NCBI RefSeq assembly: GCF_006345805.1 | Contig: NC_043003.1 | Span: forward strand, 33,542,001 to 33,606,000 | Source: Octopus sinensis | Lineage: Eukaryota | Direction of reading: 5' to 3' | DNA: 64,000 nt | Part shown: positions 1 to 12,886 of the stretch, in pieces | Layout of the letters: each line of letters opens with the position of its first letter | How positions within the stretch are numbered: position 1 is the first letter of the stretch | Position numbers and translations under genes: made by a program | The notes under the pieces: generated by a model | Seen by the model: only the letters and a program-made list of their open reading frames with translations | Database searches by the model: none | Told to the model about the DNA's origin: nothing

Positions 1-1700
1 AAGAGCCTGATGACATTCTACACGAGAGGCAGAAAATACGGCACAGTAGAGGTGAGATTTGCCAACGAACAGGGGGAAATAAATCACTCCTGTGACACTG
101 AGGACACAAGAGTGGGTACTTCTGCGAACCTATTGCAGTAAAAGAGTCACCAGAGTTAGAATATACAGGGTACTGCTAGAAATTAAAGAAGTGTGCTGGT
201 GGCAGCCGTAATGCACAAAATCGAGGAGGACGCAAAAATTCTAAAGGTGACAAAAACAAAGAAGATAAATTGAGGGGGATACGGCATATAGGTGGTCATC
301 CAGGTCGGACAACAAGATTTAAACGAAATTGCAGAAGAGGCAATTCTACCGCTATGCCGTAGAAAGGGTAAATAGGATTCTGGCTAGGGTGGTCCATTTA
401 GACCAATCAAAAGCATTCGATAGGGTAGACCATCAGTATCTGGAGGAGGTCATCCCGGCGGCTGGCTTCTGCCTGACCTTCCGCGGATGGATCAACGCTT
501 TATACAGCAACATCGAATCGCTAGTTCGGGTGAACGGTTTCTTTTCGGAGCCGTTCTGCATTGAACGATCGGTACGTCAAGGGTACCCTCTCTCTCCGCT
601 TCTCTATGTTTTGGCCCTCAAGCCATTGCTGAGGATGTTGGAAGCTATGACGGCGCTCCGCAAGATCTAGGGTGCAGAAAGTCAACTTCGACGTATGCGG
701 ATGACATCACCATCATCGTATCCCGGGTCGAGCACCTACAATGGGTAGGTGAGGCCTTAAGGGGCAAGTCGATGCCTTCCGACGACGTCGGACGGAAGGG
801 CCTGCGAAAATGCTTGGAGTCTGATTAGATCCAGATCTCCAGATAGAGAAGAATTGGAGCGAGGTGGCGAGTAAAGTAGCTCTCCTAACTCAGACCTGGT
901 CTGAGCGGAGGCTGTCCTTGAAACGGAGGGTGGAGGTTGCAGAGGTGTTTATCGCTTCCGTAATCACTTACCGCGTGATCGTCGTACATTGCTTTTTGTG
1001 GAGGGGCAGCAGACCTCTTGTAAGGTGCTCTAACTGCTGCCAAAAGCCGCTGAAGGGTGGGCTAGGGATGCCGTAGCTAAAAATGCGCAGACATGCACTC
1101 AGGCTTAGGCATCTCTGTCTTTACCTGGGCGGTGAGCAGGTGTGGTCTCCGTTCGTCAAGCTGTTATTTCCACAGTTCACATCATTTACCAAACTGAACC
1201 CTTGGATCAAGTGTAGACTGAGGTAGTGCGTGTGGTATGCATTGTCATCAGGCACTCGTGCTTCTCTCCTAGTCGGGCAACGCCAGTTGCGGGGGTACTA
1301 CCTCCTTCTTCTATAGAGAGTTAGTAAAATCCAAGTGTAACGACGTCCTGGGAAAAACACTAGAACATTATATGTGGATAATTACCAAAAGTCTCTGACC
1401 TGGAAATGTTACAGAGCAGCTTTAGCGGCTCGAAATAAGCTTTTTAGGCATGGGTGTGCGCCTTCGCCGGTTTGTGCAAGATGCGAATGAGACTTTGGGG
1501 CATTGCAAAATCGTGTGCAGGACAGTTTCACTGTCCTGCACGCGATTTTGCAATGCCCCAAAGTCTCATTCGATAACCTGACCCCAACTTTTGTTTTGTC
1601 TGTCCTCGTATCGTCCCCTCTTTTTCTCAACATCATGATTAATAAAGAAATTGACTGGGATTGTTTTAGTTCAAATGTGAAATTGACATCCAATATTTGC
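1..1700 (+). mobile_element. Degenerate, internally deleted Tx1/L1-type LINE (ORF1-like start, RT fragment, C-terminal zf-RVT remnant)
   Basis: ORF 329..670 contains HLDQSKAFDRVDHQYL and VRQGYPLSPLLY; YADDITIIV is encoded near 696-720; 864..1076 contains WSERRLSLKRRVEVAEVFIAS; about 1400-1570 reads WKCYRAAL..CARC..TVLHAILQCP (zf-RVT-like). Frameshifts, stops and deletions are present. Confidence 0.85.
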
Positions 1701-1954
1701 TGTGTGTATCTACTGATTTAAGTATCTAGTGTCTCTCTCTCTCTCTCTCTCTCTCAATCTCTCTTTCTCTCAATCTCTCCTTCTCTCTCAATCTCTCTAT
1801 TTCTCTCTCACTCTCTCACTTCTTCTCTGTTGTCCTCTCTCTCTCTATCACTTTGCCACTTCTTTGAAGTATGACACACAACACAAATACGTACAAAAAT
1901 AAAAAGTTAACGTATTAATATTATTGATAATATATACATACACACATAAATAGA

Positions 1955-2082
1955 TATATATATATGCATATATACATACGTATATGTACATACTTACATC
2001 TATAGAGCATGCATCAGAATTATTAAGAGAAAACTTACTTGGAAGAGGGTGCATTGCGTTCAATCATATAATAATATAAATG

Positions 2083-2114
<32 letters not shown>

Positions 2115-2700
2115 GCATATACACGATCTTTTACTCTTTCGATTTTCTCTGTTACTATGTTACTTTATCCCTCACTCCGCCTCCCTTGCTCACTTGGCTC
2201 CCACGTGACCATCGGCCATCTTTTTTCTTTCTCTCCGTTGTAGCTAGAACAAGGAAGACGTGTTCTTGTTTGTCTCCTGTCCTAGCTTGATTTACGCGTT
2301 TACCACCTCAACCTCGTTTAAGTTTAGCAGCCCTTCCAGTTTGTTTTCACTGTCCTGCTTGTGTTACCTATTTTGACCTCCCGCAAAATCACACATTTTC
2401 TTTAATTTGCTTTGAGGGCGCAACTGTTTTATCGAAGGCATACGAGACTAGAAAAACAGCCAACAACTGATGAAGTGTTGCTCTCTATGTTTGTTTTGTT
2501 TTCCATTTGTGTCTTCCGTTGTTCGAAAGAATAGTTCATGTTCCATGTACTCTTGTTCCATGATGTCCTGTGCCCACATATGCATATATATATACGTATA
2601 GATGTAAGTATGTACATATACGTACGTATATATGCATATATATATATTACTTATATTATATATATATATATGTATATATATATGCATATATATGTATGTA
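1955..2700. repeat. Non-autonomous dispersed repeat with about 50-bp inverted termini; related segments at 44227-44382 and 57600-58430
   Basis: TATGCATATATACRTACGTATATGTACATACTTACATCTATA near 1965-2005 recurs as its reverse complement near 2590-2640. The motif GGGYACAGGACATCA is shared with 57689-57705 and 58397-58411. Confidence 0.55.
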
Positions 2701-5201
2701 TGTGTGTGTATGTGTGTATATATATGTATGCATGTATATATTTATTTATAAGAGCATCATGCTTATGGAGAAATTTAGCTTTACTACTTGAAAGATATTT
2801 CAATAGTCATAAGGGAAGGTTAGAAGTAGAAATCTGTGTACCTCTTGCTTGTATATGAAATGTTTGTATCATCTTATAACACGAATAGTTACTCCTTCTA
2901 CACATGTGCAGTTAATTCCGTATTTACAATGGATTGGCATTTTTATTTACATACACACAATTATAATGAGCTCGCTTGTACACAGCGCTCCAAGTGCACT
3001 TCAACTATGTGTGCATATATATGTGTGTGTATGTATATAAATGTATATGTGTGTGTATGTGTGAGTGCGTGTGTTTGTGTAAACTGCATAACTTCACACT
3101 CACACACATACGCACAAATATTAACCTATAAAACTGTTGAGGTCAACAGATTGTATGCCACTTTAACAACTATAAGCGCCATGTGTAGGAGTATTTATGT
3201 GGTCACTCGATTTGCTAGGAATACTTTCCGGTCTTAATTAGATTCTGCCGAGCTGTTTTGAGAATTATCCGTTGTGTATCGACGTTCTTGCGTACGATAC
3301 TTTCGTATAAGATTTGAGGGTTACGACTGATCCGTTTTGTTTTCATAGGTCTTCTTGATTAGGTACGTTAAATCATAAAAGTTATCGCATTAATTCTTGA
3401 AAAATTTTTTCATTCTTTACCTATAATTACTGAGTTTTTAATTACTTATGCAAAGTCAACGTATTGCTACAAACGAAAATTTTCGAAGCAGATATCGTGA
3501 TGTTGGCAGATTTGCTTTGGATATCAGGAGATCTTAATTCTATCCAACTACGTAGCATTTTAAGCATTTGTCAACTACTATAGCATCGCATCAACGCAAG
3601 ACGTGATAGGTGAACTCTATTATGCTGCACAGAATGTGAACAGGTCATTTCAGGTGTTTTGCGTGTATGATATTTGGATGAAAAATCAAGCTCACTTTAC
3701 CTTTTTATCTTTGTCCCTTAATGCTCAGGTCGAAATAGACTACATGCATAGATATATGCTCGACTAACTATCATGAAATTGGTGATCCACAAGGGAATAG
3801 TCGAATGACTGAAACAAGTAAAAGGTATAAATTTAAGATAAGAAAAATAAAGCTATGAATTCGAATATTGCATTTCCTATATTAGCAAGACGCATTTATT
3901 GTTTTGTTTCCTCTCTTGCTATTGTTTCTCCAAGTCATGCTCTTTGTGACCATTTCTGATGCATTTATTTGGAAGCGGGTAATGTCTCAATATCAGAATC
4001 AACTATACTCCGCTCATTATAGTTGCACAGAACAAAATATCTTCATATATATAGTCTTGAACATAACCAGTCACAACTTTACCATAGAGGAAATGGTGAT
4101 GTGTGTCATGTAAATCACGATGATGAAAGCACATATTAGATCAAAACTCACCGAAGAGAAATATAAAGCGACAAAACTAAAATATATATTTCTTAGGTCG
4201 TTTTTCTTTTGCAATACTAGAATGATAGTAAGGTAAGAAACCAACTGGATTCGAACACGGAATGCAAAAAGACACATGTAAACAATCCAATGCAACTTTG
4301 TATGATGTTGTACTATACTGTCATAAGAGTAATTTAATGGCTCTGTTAGGAAGTCAGCGAAATATAAGTTTGAGGTAAATATTTAAAGTTTTAGTGCTTC
4401 GGTTTGCACACAAACTGAAGGAAATGGAGAAATTATGCAGCAATTTACACTCATTAAACTAAAATTAAAAACTTCGTGCCACATAATATACTTTGGAGGT
4501 TTTATATCTTTATCGAATGGAAGAATATCGCGCTTTCAGCTTCGCAACAGAGAAGGAAATATTTCTATAAGTTTAAATGTTTCACTTCCTTTTATTGTGA
4601 TTTGATACAGAATCTTATTGAGTCAAGCACACACATAAACTCACATATAAACAGACATGCGCGCGCGAGCACTCACACACAGACACAAACACACACACGC
4701 ATGCACACACACACACAAATGTATACTTGTATGTATGCACGTGCTTATATATACACTCTCGCGTGTATATGCATGCGTGTTAATGTATCTCCGTGCGCAT
4801 ACAAACACACACGCACACACATTTTTATGCATGCTTATAAGTGTGTGTGTATATGTGTGTGTGTGTGATTTGTGTTGTGTGTGTGTGTGTGTATAATTGT
4901 GGGTGTATATATATCTGTGTATATGTATGTATTTTCGTTTTATGATTATGTATATAGATTTATGTGTGTACCAGCGTGTATGCATGTGTATGTGTGCGAG
5001 TGTGTCTGTGTGCGAGTGTGTGCGCGAGTGTGTGTGCGACTGTGTGTACGAGTATGTGTGTGAGTGTGTGTGTATGCAAATGTATCTATATGTGAATGAT
5101 GTGCTTCCTCTCGTCGTCACAACTGTATTTATGGACTGAAAAAAGTGTATGCCTAATTCTATATAAACTTGTATGCTTAGTTATATCTGCTCAAATCTAT
5201 C

Positions 5202-5269
<68 letters not shown>

Positions 5270-5833
5270 CACTACATACAAAATATACGTGAATATTCAG
5301 ATATTTACTCATAAATAAACGGCCAAGCACATGCTGATATTCTTACATATCTATAAGAATTCTTAACTTGGCTCCTAACAGTAATGTTATAGTCTGTGTA
5401 ACCAGGCAACATCGCCTCTTCATTTCAATCAACAGTATGAAAAGAAATAAAGTTATCTTCACACTGCAAGCAAATTGGTTTGCATACAATGCGATCAGAA
5501 CAATTTCCTATCACTGTCCTGTTTCTGAAGCGCCAGAGTGAAATATTTTAAAAGCAATATTCTACTATTGGAGATAAACGATATGCAGAGGAAGGAAATT
5601 GTTTGCAGAATTTAACATTCTGTACTTTAGTGTAATTTAAGATTTACATGTTCAAGTGGACACCTGTATGGACTGTTGGTCAAAGTGTCCATCGTTCGTA
5701 TTGCGTTATGCACTGTACATTTTTGCTTTTGCTATAGCAATGACATATTTTGTGGTTTAATATAGCTCTAGGTAGAGACAGCACAAACACACATACACAC
5801 AAACACATATACTCACTCACATGTATATGAATG

Positions 5834-5866
<33 letters not shown>

Positions 5867-5950
5867 TGATAGATAGAGATACATACAGATATATAAATTA
5901 ATATATATATTGTATATAAACTTATAGATACCCCACTCCATATATCTATA

Positions 5951-6857
5951 GGAGGAATATAAATGCAGTACATGGGGATTAGGCAATAAGCATAATCCAG
6001 TGTAAACGGTGGTTCCAGAAATTCAGAGCCTCGTCCTGGAAGATCTGTAGAGATTGACGAGGACGTCCTGCAAACCCTGGTGGGACAAAATCCCATTTTA
6101 ACAGTTAAGGAATTAGCAGGTAAGCTTGGTTTTGGTCACCTGAAAAGTCAACAAATTCGGTCAATGGGTTCCTCATAAACATTCCGAGTGCAATTGCGTG
6201 CAGAGAGTGAATGTGTGCTCATCTTTGCTGTCACGTCTCAAGAATGAGCCATTTTTGGACAGAATAGTGACTGGTGACGAAATATGGGTTCTCTATAACA
6301 GCGTCAAGCGCTGAAGACAGTGAGTAGCGAAAGGAGATACACAAGTATCCCAGTCTGAAGACGGTTTTCACCCACATAAGGTGTTGCAGTTCTTTGGTGG
6401 GATATGAAAAGTTTAGTCCAGTTCAAACGGTTAATACCAAGCAAAAAAATTACAAAGGAGATCTACTACGAACAGCTTGAACAGTTTAAGTCAGCACTAA
6501 AAGAAAAACGACCATCTTGACATTCCAAAGACCGGAAGAGTTTGAATGGGAAACGATGCCCCACCCTTCATATTCGCCCGGAATTTACTCCTTTGCTTAT
6601 TATTTGTTCCGTAGTCTTCAAAATCATTTTGAAGGAAAAAAATATGAATTCTATAGACGAGGTCAGAACATTACTGGAAGAGTATTTCTCGTCACGTACA
6701 AGTGGATTTTGGAAGAGGGGCCTCGATAGTCTACTGGATAGACGGAAGAGCATTGTAGAAAATGAAGGAGAAAATACTTTAGATAAAAAAGAAATTTGTT
6801 TATTTTAATGTTGAAAAATAAAACGTATAAAAAGCTGCATTATATATAGGATGACCC

Positions 6858-6860
<3 letters not shown>
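5951..6860 (+). mobile_element. Degenerate mariner transposon (transposase pseudogene plus right end)
   Basis: Translations include GQWVPH, EPFLDRIVTGDEIWVLY, WWDMK and WETMPHPSYSPGIYSFAYYLFRSLQNHFEGKK (YSPDL-type motif). The DNARPH segment is deleted. The element ends ..GGATGACCCTA-TA. Confidence 0.9.
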
Positions 6861-6891
<31 letters not shown>

Positions 6892-6935
6892 TGTATGTAT
6901 GTATGTATGTATGTATGTATGTATGTATGTATGTA
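6861..6935. repeat. (TATG)n microsatellite
   Basis: Direct reading of the sequence. Confidence 0.95.
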
Positions 6936-7129
6936 TATATTCTATTGTGTCTTTCTCTTTTAGTGCCTTTAGTGCCTTACACTCACCGGTAAAATTTCCA
7001 CTCATTTATTTTTCTAAAATTTTCGTCTTGCAACCTTTTCAATACTTGTTGACTATTCAAAGTGCGTTCTTTTTTGTTTGTACGCATATGTGCGGGTCAG
7101 TGTTTGTGCGCTTTATACATGTATTTATG

Positions 7130-7620
7130 TATGCCTGTATGTATGTATATATGTATACATACATGCATGTATGTATTCATACATTCATGTATGCATGCAT
7201 GTATGTATTCATACATTCATGTATGCATGCATGTATGTATTCATACATTCATGTATGCATGCATGTATGTATTCATAAATGCATGTATGCATGCATGTAT
7301 GTATCCATACATGCATGTAAGTGTGTGTATTCATGTATGTATGTGGGTGGTGTTGTTGGTAGTGGTGGAGATGATGTGGTTGGTATTGTCTGTGTGTGGG
7401 ATGTTGTTGTCATTGTTGATGTTGCTATTATTATTGTTGTTGTTGTTATAATAGTTGTTTCGGTTTCGTATGCTTTTGTTGTTATTATAGTTGTTTGTGT
7501 GGGGAATGTTGTGGTTATCATTGTTGCTTTTCTTATTATCATTCTTGTTATACATAATTACCACTATTATTGTTGTCAACATCACTATTGTTATTGTTGT
7601 TGTTTTAGGTTCGTATGTTT
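7130..7620. repeat. About 32-bp TATG/CATG-based minisatellite followed by degenerate (GTT/ATT)n low-complexity DNA
   Basis: The unit GTATTCATACATTCATGTATGCATGCATGTAT repeats about 3-4 times at 7170-7300. Confidence 0.85.
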
Positions 7621-7961
7621 GCGTTGTTATTTTTTTGTATTGTCCTAACTTCTATCTTAATTTGAAGACTGTTCTCTTTTTTCAAATTCAGATGGAGAAT
7701 TCAAATTCATCTGTATCCAGCTGTACTGCACCGTATATTCCGGAAGTGTAATTGCTGTTGTTGGTGGTGATGGCGGAGGTATTGTTTTTCGGTGACTTGG
7801 ATCCAATGGTAGTTTACATTCCTACATGGCAATCCCGTCGATATTGCTTGGGGATTTGTAATGAATCTTACAATGCTGACATTGTTGTTGTTGTTTCATT
7901 CACTTGAGTTTATTGTTGAAGTGTTTGTTACAGGCATGGTTTACTCGGCGATAATCTTGTT

Positions 7962-7996
<35 letters not shown>

Positions 7997-8098
7997 CATA
8001 CGTACATACATACATACATGCATACATACATACATACATACATGCATACATGCATACATACATACATACAAACATATACATACATACATATACATACA

Positions 8099-8131
<33 letters not shown>

Positions 8132-8135
8132 GCAC

Positions 8136-8275
8136 ACGAGGTGGTGGTGAAAAGTTCCTGGCTCTGGAATACACAGCAGTTTCAGTTAATTACAATTTTA
8201 TTCCAAATATTCTCTTCTCAGATTCATACAATTATTGCAGCGGTCAATCCAGTTTTTCTAATCCCTGTGAAAAAT
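8136..8275 (+). mobile_element. Probable mariner-type MITE left end
   Basis: CGAGGTGGTGGTGAAAAGTTCCTGGCT resembles a mariner TIR start; no matching right end was found. Confidence 0.35.
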
Positions 8276-8492
8276 ATATATTGTGTGTCTGTGTGTGCGT
8301 GTCTTTTCTCTATGTTTGTGCTCCCACCACTGTCCCCACCAACACTTTACACACAAGAATCCCATAGAATAAGTACAAGATTTAAAAGAAAAATAGGAGG
8401 TAACGGGGTCAATTCGTTTGATTAAAGTTCTTCATGGGGGTGCCACAGCATCGCTGCAGACTAATGACTTAGTCAAGTAAAGGACTAAAGGA

Positions 8493-8545
<53 letters not shown>

Positions 8546-8578
8546 TATATATATATATATATGTATGTGCGTGTGTGA

Positions 8579-8643
<65 letters not shown>

Positions 8644-9613
8644 TGTATATATAATCACCGACCTAAACACCTTAAATAATATATTAACGAACATTCTGTA
8701 CAGAAGACCTACTGTGGGCCTCAAGGATGTAATGAGAATCCAGTCAAGTATATGATGTGTGAATTCGTCACGAGCTCTTCATTCTCTTTATTCACTGGCT
8801 GCAATGCTTTAGAAAGTAATGTCTTTTCTTAATACAGTGAATCAATACCGCAGTGTCGTACTGAGTCATGAGATTCAGTAGATCGTATCATCACCAGAAG
8901 GAAATCCGACGTTGATGCCAGGCCTGCTAGAAATAGCAGGTACAGTCTCATTATTATCAGAAAGTTAAATATTGTAGTCTAATTTTACTCATGTACGAAT
9001 AAAATCCACATTTGACTCTAGATGGATGTAATGGAGCTGATATGGAACTAAAGAATAAATAATATCCGTTGATATAATATAATTAAACTTTTTTATATAA
9101 TTTAAAAGAAAATATATACATACAGTAAACACTACACTCTCAAGAATCGATATAATTCAAATATTGAACTAATTTTCTTAAAGTACAGAGGAGTTTTAAA
9201 AAAAAATCATATATGCTTTCTGGGAAATTCCAAACAGTTTCAAGCAATATCGACAAACACGATATAATTATTAGAAAATTCGATTATCAATATTTAAAAT
9301 GTCTTGAAACCCCACTTTTCTAATCTACTCGACATCAGTAGGTTGACCGTTATATAGTGAGACGAAATCTATTATAAATGTTGCTAAATTGGTGAATTGC
9401 AAGCTATATTATGTTAGCTTTTCTTATATATTGACAAACAGTCTACTCAAAATATTAACACAATAGTCCATTATAAATCGCGAAAAACAAATAAGAACAA
9501 GTATATTGTAGAATTACTCGCGTGAATAAGGCATCATACGTAAGGAGTTTTGATGTTTCTCTGAACACAAGGCGTATTATATATGAAGATACATATGTAT
9601 GTGCGAATACATG

Positions 9614-9655
<42 letters not shown>

Positions 9656-9982
9656 ATATATATATATATTATACATATATATTTATATATATGTAGATAT
9701 ATGTACAGACATATACATATGTGTATAAATATACATATATACATATATATATATATGAAAGTATTTTTGTTTTCTTTTTTAGTTTCAGCTCAGAGCTGCG
9801 GCCATGCTGATGCACCGTACACGTATGTGTGTATATATATACTGGCATGCATACATACATACATAAATACATAAATATATACACACATACATACAAGAAC
9901 CCATACGTAGGAAAGAAATGCATTCATATATTCCTTAATGAGTCGGTATATATATTATTTATGCGTTACGATATTATATACC

Positions 9983-10219
9983 TATTTCTTTACTACCCAC
10001 AAGGGGCTAAACACAGAGAGGACAAACAAGGACCGACAAACGGATTAAGTCGATTATATCGACCCCAGTGCGTAACTGGTACTTATTTCATCGACCCCGA
10101 AAGGATGAAAGGCAAAGTCGACCTCGGCGGAATTTGAACTCGGAACGTAACGGCAGACGAAATACTGCTACGCATTTTTCCCGGCGTGCTAATATTTCTG
10201 CCAGCTCGCCACCTTATTA
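9983..10219 (-). mobile_element. tRNA-derived CORE-type SINE with 16-bp TSD
   Basis: The minus strand has a GGCGAGCTGGCAG head, a GTTCAAATTCC B-box and a GCCTTTCATCCTTTCGGGGTCGAT core-like block. TSD TACGATATTATATACC is at 9967-9982 and 10220-10235. Confidence 0.85.
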
Positions 10220-11548
10220 TACGATATTATATACCGTTTTGACTTGATTTTACAAAACGGTTGCATACACGTGAATTTCGGAAACTTAATCTCAGTGCTC
10301 ATTAGAAGAGCTTCTAGGAAAACTCTGGCATAGGCTCGTTGCCACTAGACGAAAATAAGTGTCAGTTTGAATATTTCTTCTAAAAGGGATTAAAATCCAT
10401 GGAGTTATAACCGCAGAGAGGATACATTCGTCTATAAGAATTATAATGAAATAGAATAACAGAATTCCGCCACGGTGGGTGAGGTAAACGTATGAATATT
10501 GGGGATAAGGCTAGATTTCAAGCACCAAGTGGTTGATGTGTGGGGGGCAGTAATGGGGATAGGGGTGGGAGAGTGTCAGCTTTAAAGACCTGTGGATATT
10601 TACTTACATTGTGCATGTGTTTGTATGCAATGACTTGGGAGTAGGTAAACCAATACCGAATTCCCAAATCATGGTAACGAAGGACTCCAGTGATAGAAGC
10701 TCTAAATTTTATATTCATGGCAGATTTCGCCAGTATTCAAGTACATGTTTGCGTTCAATAAGGTAGGATCTGAACATCTCGGTTATATAGTTTTTGTAGG
10801 TGCCCGCGTAAAGAGACTTAGTATGATTCTGTTCTCCTCCAACCAGCGCCTGATCATTCTACTGCTATTGAAGTAACGTTTGCACCTCTGAAACACACTC
10901 TCAACTTGATGCTATAAATCTCAGCCCTTTCCATCATCGATCATTTGCACATTGCGAGTGCTATGACATTGCGCCTCTCATGAATATTATAGGAAGAGTT
11001 GTTGCAGTTGTTAAATCTACTCCTGAAAAGAGTCTTTGCCGTGCTGCACGTCCACGCCACTTAACAACGTCTTTGTTATATTAGCTGTTAGTAAACATAC
11101 GGCGATGCCTCAAAGAAGCATTAAGGTTCTCTTTTTTCGAATAAGCCTACTTACGAAGATGTTCTTTTATACAAAGTATACAGCGAAATGAATTGTTTAA
11201 GGTATGACTATTAAATGTTTTTCTGTAACTGAGTTTGGGACAAGTTTTTATCGGCTAAACTCAGAAAGATCCCACCTACATTAATTTTTATGTGAAACGG
11301 TTAAGCTTTTTGTTTTTTTAGTTTTTTGGTCGGGTTAATAGTAGGGCATATAGCTAAATATTATCTTCAAATTATTTGGCGCCCAGAGTCTCGTCGTATT
11401 GCAGCACTACAGTGTTCGAATTCTGTATTCTGGGAATGCAATCTGGGAATACAAATCTTCTATTGTTTTTCATTCTCTTTTGTTTCTTATATACATATGA
11501 GTGTTATATATATATATATCCTCTTCAAATTATTTGGCGCCCAGAGCC

Positions 11549-11944
11549 TGTTTATTTACTTTACCGGTTTCACTCTTTGGAAAAAGATTGTCAAAAGCAA
11601 CATGTGGAAGTTTGGTTGCGTTAATTATTGGTTGTTTCAAATTGCTACATTACATATAGATATACAGTCTTTGGTAACAGGGACATGTTAAGGACATAAA
11701 AAAGTTCAACAAGTTCCTTAAGTATGTCCTTGAGAACGATTATTTATGTAATATTTTGTGCCCAATATTTTAAGGAACTTGTTGAACTTTTTTATGTCCT
11801 TAACATGTCCCTGTTACCAAAGACTGTATATATATATATGTAATGTAGCAATTTGCAACAACCAATAATTAACGCAACCAAACTTCCACATGTTACTTTT
11901 GACAATCTTTTTCCAAAGAGTGAAACCGGTAAAGTAAATAAACA
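11549..11944. repeat. About 396-bp inverted repeat (arms about 173 bp, 48-bp spacer)
   Basis: 11549-11721 is the reverse complement of 11770-11944 with only a few mismatches. Confidence 0.95.
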
Positions 11945-11975
11945 CTTTTAAATTGCATTTTCAAACCTTCTTTCG

Positions 11976-12000
<25 letters not shown>

Positions 12001-12006
<6 letters not shown>

Positions 12007-12847
12007 GTTGAAGAACAATCCATAAGCGTTTTGTTCTTTTTTTTTAATTTAAAAATGCACACAGAAATAAAACGCATTGGCAAAATGTCTTATGTTATTT
12101 GAAAGAAATATTTTTATTCTGTAACAGCATGTTTGAGTTTTTAATGTTATTGGTTTTTGTGTATATTCAGATCATTAAAATGGAATGTCAAGTGGACAAA
12201 ACTGACCATTTTCGATACCATATGCTTTTTTCATTTAATTGAGTTGTTAAGGCCGCTGAAGCAGCTCATGAGATTTGTGCAGTATATGGAGAAGGAGCTA
12301 TACATCAAAGTACCGCCTGCCGTTGGTTTTCGTGCTTCAAAAATAGAAATTTTGACCTCAAGGATGGATCACACACCAGTCGTCCAATTGAGTTCGATGA
12401 AACTTGCCCATTAAGTGAAGGTAGTTCACTACACATTCTTGATCGCAATTCATCTGCTCCACCAATTCTCTGGTCGCTTGACATGGATATATCGTGAAGG
12501 AGTTGAATCAATCGATCATCATCGAACTCAATTGGCCGACCGGTGTGTGATCCGTCCTTTAGGCCAAAATTCCCATTTCTGGAGAGCGAAATCTAACGGC
12601 GGGCGGTACTTTGAGGCATTAATCCATCTCCTTCTCCATACACAACACAGATCTCGGTGGGCCTAGCATTATATTCAAAATATAGCCCATGGTGTCGAAA
12701 ATGTTTTTGTCCACTTGACATTCCATTTTAATGATATGAATATATACAAAACTCAAAACACACCATCATGTAGAGCAAAAACATCTCTCTCAAATAACAT
12801 AAAACAACTTGAAAAAGAAAACACTCTTGAATTATTTCTCAACCCAA

Positions 12848-12848
<1 letters not shown>
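12001..12848. mobile_element. Mariner derivative made of two inverted 5' halves
   Basis: The + strand at 12175-12405 encodes MECQVDK..AAHEICAVYGEGA..TACRWFSCFKNRNFDLKD..RPIEFDE. The minus strand from about 12730 to 12407 encodes a diverged copy of the same N-terminus. TGGGTTGA-type TIRs lie at both outer ends. Confidence 0.85.
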
Positions 12849-12886
<38 letters not shown>

